A stretch of 32,000 nt of DNA, from assembly GCA_046153945.1 (NCBI GenBank), contig JBJXFF010000109.1, positions 51,616 to 83,615 on the forward strand, written 5' to 3'. A program made the position numbers and the translations under genes. Source of the DNA: Pirellulaceae bacterium. Lineage in GTDB: Bacteria > Planctomycetota > Planctomycetia > Pirellulales > Pirellulaceae. Below the pieces are notes generated by a model. It searched no databases. It saw only the letters and a list, made by a program, of their open reading frames with translations, and was not told the origin of the DNA. This document shows, piece after piece, positions 31,040 through 32,000 of this stretch; the first letter of the stretch is position 1; each line of letters opens with the position of its first letter.

Positions 31040-31321
31040 CTACGGCGCCCGCTCATTGCCGGCCCAATCGTCACCGAAAACGTCCTCCATCCAAATCGCG
31101 TAGTCTCCCAGGAACTCTTCGCGGGCCGGCCCGCTACGCTCGTCGTCAAACGCGAGTTGGGCGGCAGCGGCGAGAGCGTCCTTCTCTTCCGAAGTCGCGA
31201 GAGCCAGCATCGCGGCGATCGATTCGAGCGCGCGGGCGTCCTCAGCTTTGTCAATTTGCTCCGAATCTCGGAGATTGATATACGTCACGGCGTAAACAAG
31301 GGCATTCGCAAGTGCTGTCAA
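31040..31321 (-). CDS. Small acidic hypothetical protein
   Basis: 93-aa ORF with a TTG start at 31321 (alternative GTG 33 nt in). It sits between the M20 stop (14-nt gap) and the PrsW-like start (9-nt gap). Helical, Asp/Glu/Ala-rich, with plausible coding texture. Confidence 0.5.
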   Translation of the reverse strand: MTALANALVYAVTYINLRDSEQIDKAEDARALESIAAMLALATSEEKDALAAAAQLAFDDERSGPAREEFLGDYAIWMEDVFGDDWAGNERAP

Positions 31322-31335
31322 GGGAGTGAGTTCCT

Positions 31336-32000
31336 CTACTTTTTCATGAGCTCCAGCGTGGCGGAGATCATACTGTGGGCGGCAGTGATGAGGGTTGGTT
31401 CGGCATCGGGATAGAACAAGGGTGAGTGAAGCGAGGGGATCGCGTCCAGTTTCTTGAGCCGCTCCAGCCGGGCCGGTTCGACGGTGCCGACGCGGAACAT
31501 CAGGATGGGAACGCCGGCGCGGCCGTACTGGCTGAAGTCTTCGCCCCCCATCGAGGGTTCGCCGGGGATCACCTTCTCCTTGCCGAACTCTTTTTTGAAG
31601 ATCTCGGACATCCGGGCCGCCAGCTTCTCGTCGTTGAACATCGCAGGAGTCCCTTCCGAGATAGACACGAGCGGCTTTTGGGCTCCGGCAGCTGTGGAGA
31701 TGGCTTCGGCTTTGGTCTGGATGGATTTCAGCAGGTGAGCTCGGACATCATCCGAGTAGCTGCGGACGGTGATCTGCAAGACACAGGTGTCGCCGATGAT
31801 GTTGTGCTTGGTGCCGCCGTGGATGGAACCGACGGTGACGACGGCCGGGTCGGTCGGCTTCATCTCGCGGCTGACGATGGTTTGCAGCGACAGGATGAGC
31901 TGGGCAGCGGTGACGATGGGGTCCACGGTGGTGTGCGGCATGGCCCCGTGCCCGCCGCGGCCGCGGATGGTGATGTCCACGCTATCCACGTTGGCCAACA
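31336..32000 (-). CDS. M20-family amidohydrolase (M20D, hippurate hydrolase / N-acyl-amino-acid amidohydrolase-like), C-terminal part; gene runs off the right edge
   Basis: A 220-aa open frame with no start inside the window. ITIRGRGGHGAMPH, GSIHGGTKHNIIGD and GGEDFSQY are typical of the M20D dimerisation and catalytic C-terminal region. Confidence 0.85.
   Translation of the reverse strand, partial: LANVDSVDITIRGRGGHGAMPHTTVDPIVTAAQLILSLQTIVSREMKPTDPAVVTVGSIHGGTKHNIIGDTCVLQITVRSYSDDVRAHLLKSIQTKAEAISTAAGAQKPLVSISEGTPAMFNDEKLAARMSEIFKKEFGKEKVIPGEPSMGGEDFSQYGRAGVPILMFRVGTVEPARLERLKKLDAIPSLHSPLFYPDAEPTLITAAHSMISATLELMKK

Overview
This is a GC-rich (roughly 60% by eye), densely coding chromosomal segment that looks planctomycetal (Pirellulales-like). 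The basis is family content: DUF1552, DUF1570, DUF3299-like, DUF1501 and DUF1549/DUF1553 proteins, a MoxR-DUF58 pair, a thioredoxin-NHL lipoprotein, and lipobox and twin-arginine signals. I support 22 protein genes plus 2 speculative micro-ORFs. In order they are: DUF1552 fragment, ABC exporter, YfbK-like vWA lipoprotein, two-domain ABC permease, SbcD/YhaO-like phosphoesterase, SbcC/YhaN-like membrane-anchored ATPase, UVR-motif protein, DUF1570, TrkA-N/RyR membrane protein, CxxC helical-repeat protein, DUF3299-like protein, pckA, DUF58, MoxR, thioredoxin-NHL protein, DUF1501, DUF1549/DUF1553, FkbM methyltransferase, PrsW-like protease with zinc ribbon, a small acidic protein and an M20 amidohydrolase fragment. 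I see no rRNA, tRNA, CRISPR array, transposase, integrase or phage genes, and no convincing new multi-gene (defence-type) system. What the gene calls do not explain is the non-coding layer. (1) A 1.1-kb gene desert (15050-16195) is packed with repeats and holds an operator-like GAACATATGTTC palindrome set between -35/-10-like hexamers. (2) Two sigma-54-type -24/-12 promoter matches (upstream of the 16196 operon and of pckA) are each preceded by a long complex palindromic element sharing GGAAATC / AGATTT cores. (3) Several families of REP-like palindromes and CCCCWGY heptamer arrays lie between genes and also in frame inside the DUF1501 and DUF1553 coding sequences. (4) The SbcD-like partner of the SMC-like ATPase has eroded catalytic motifs. 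Everything here comes from reading the sequence and ORF track by eye. No database search, folding or statistics were run, so family names are recognition-level calls.
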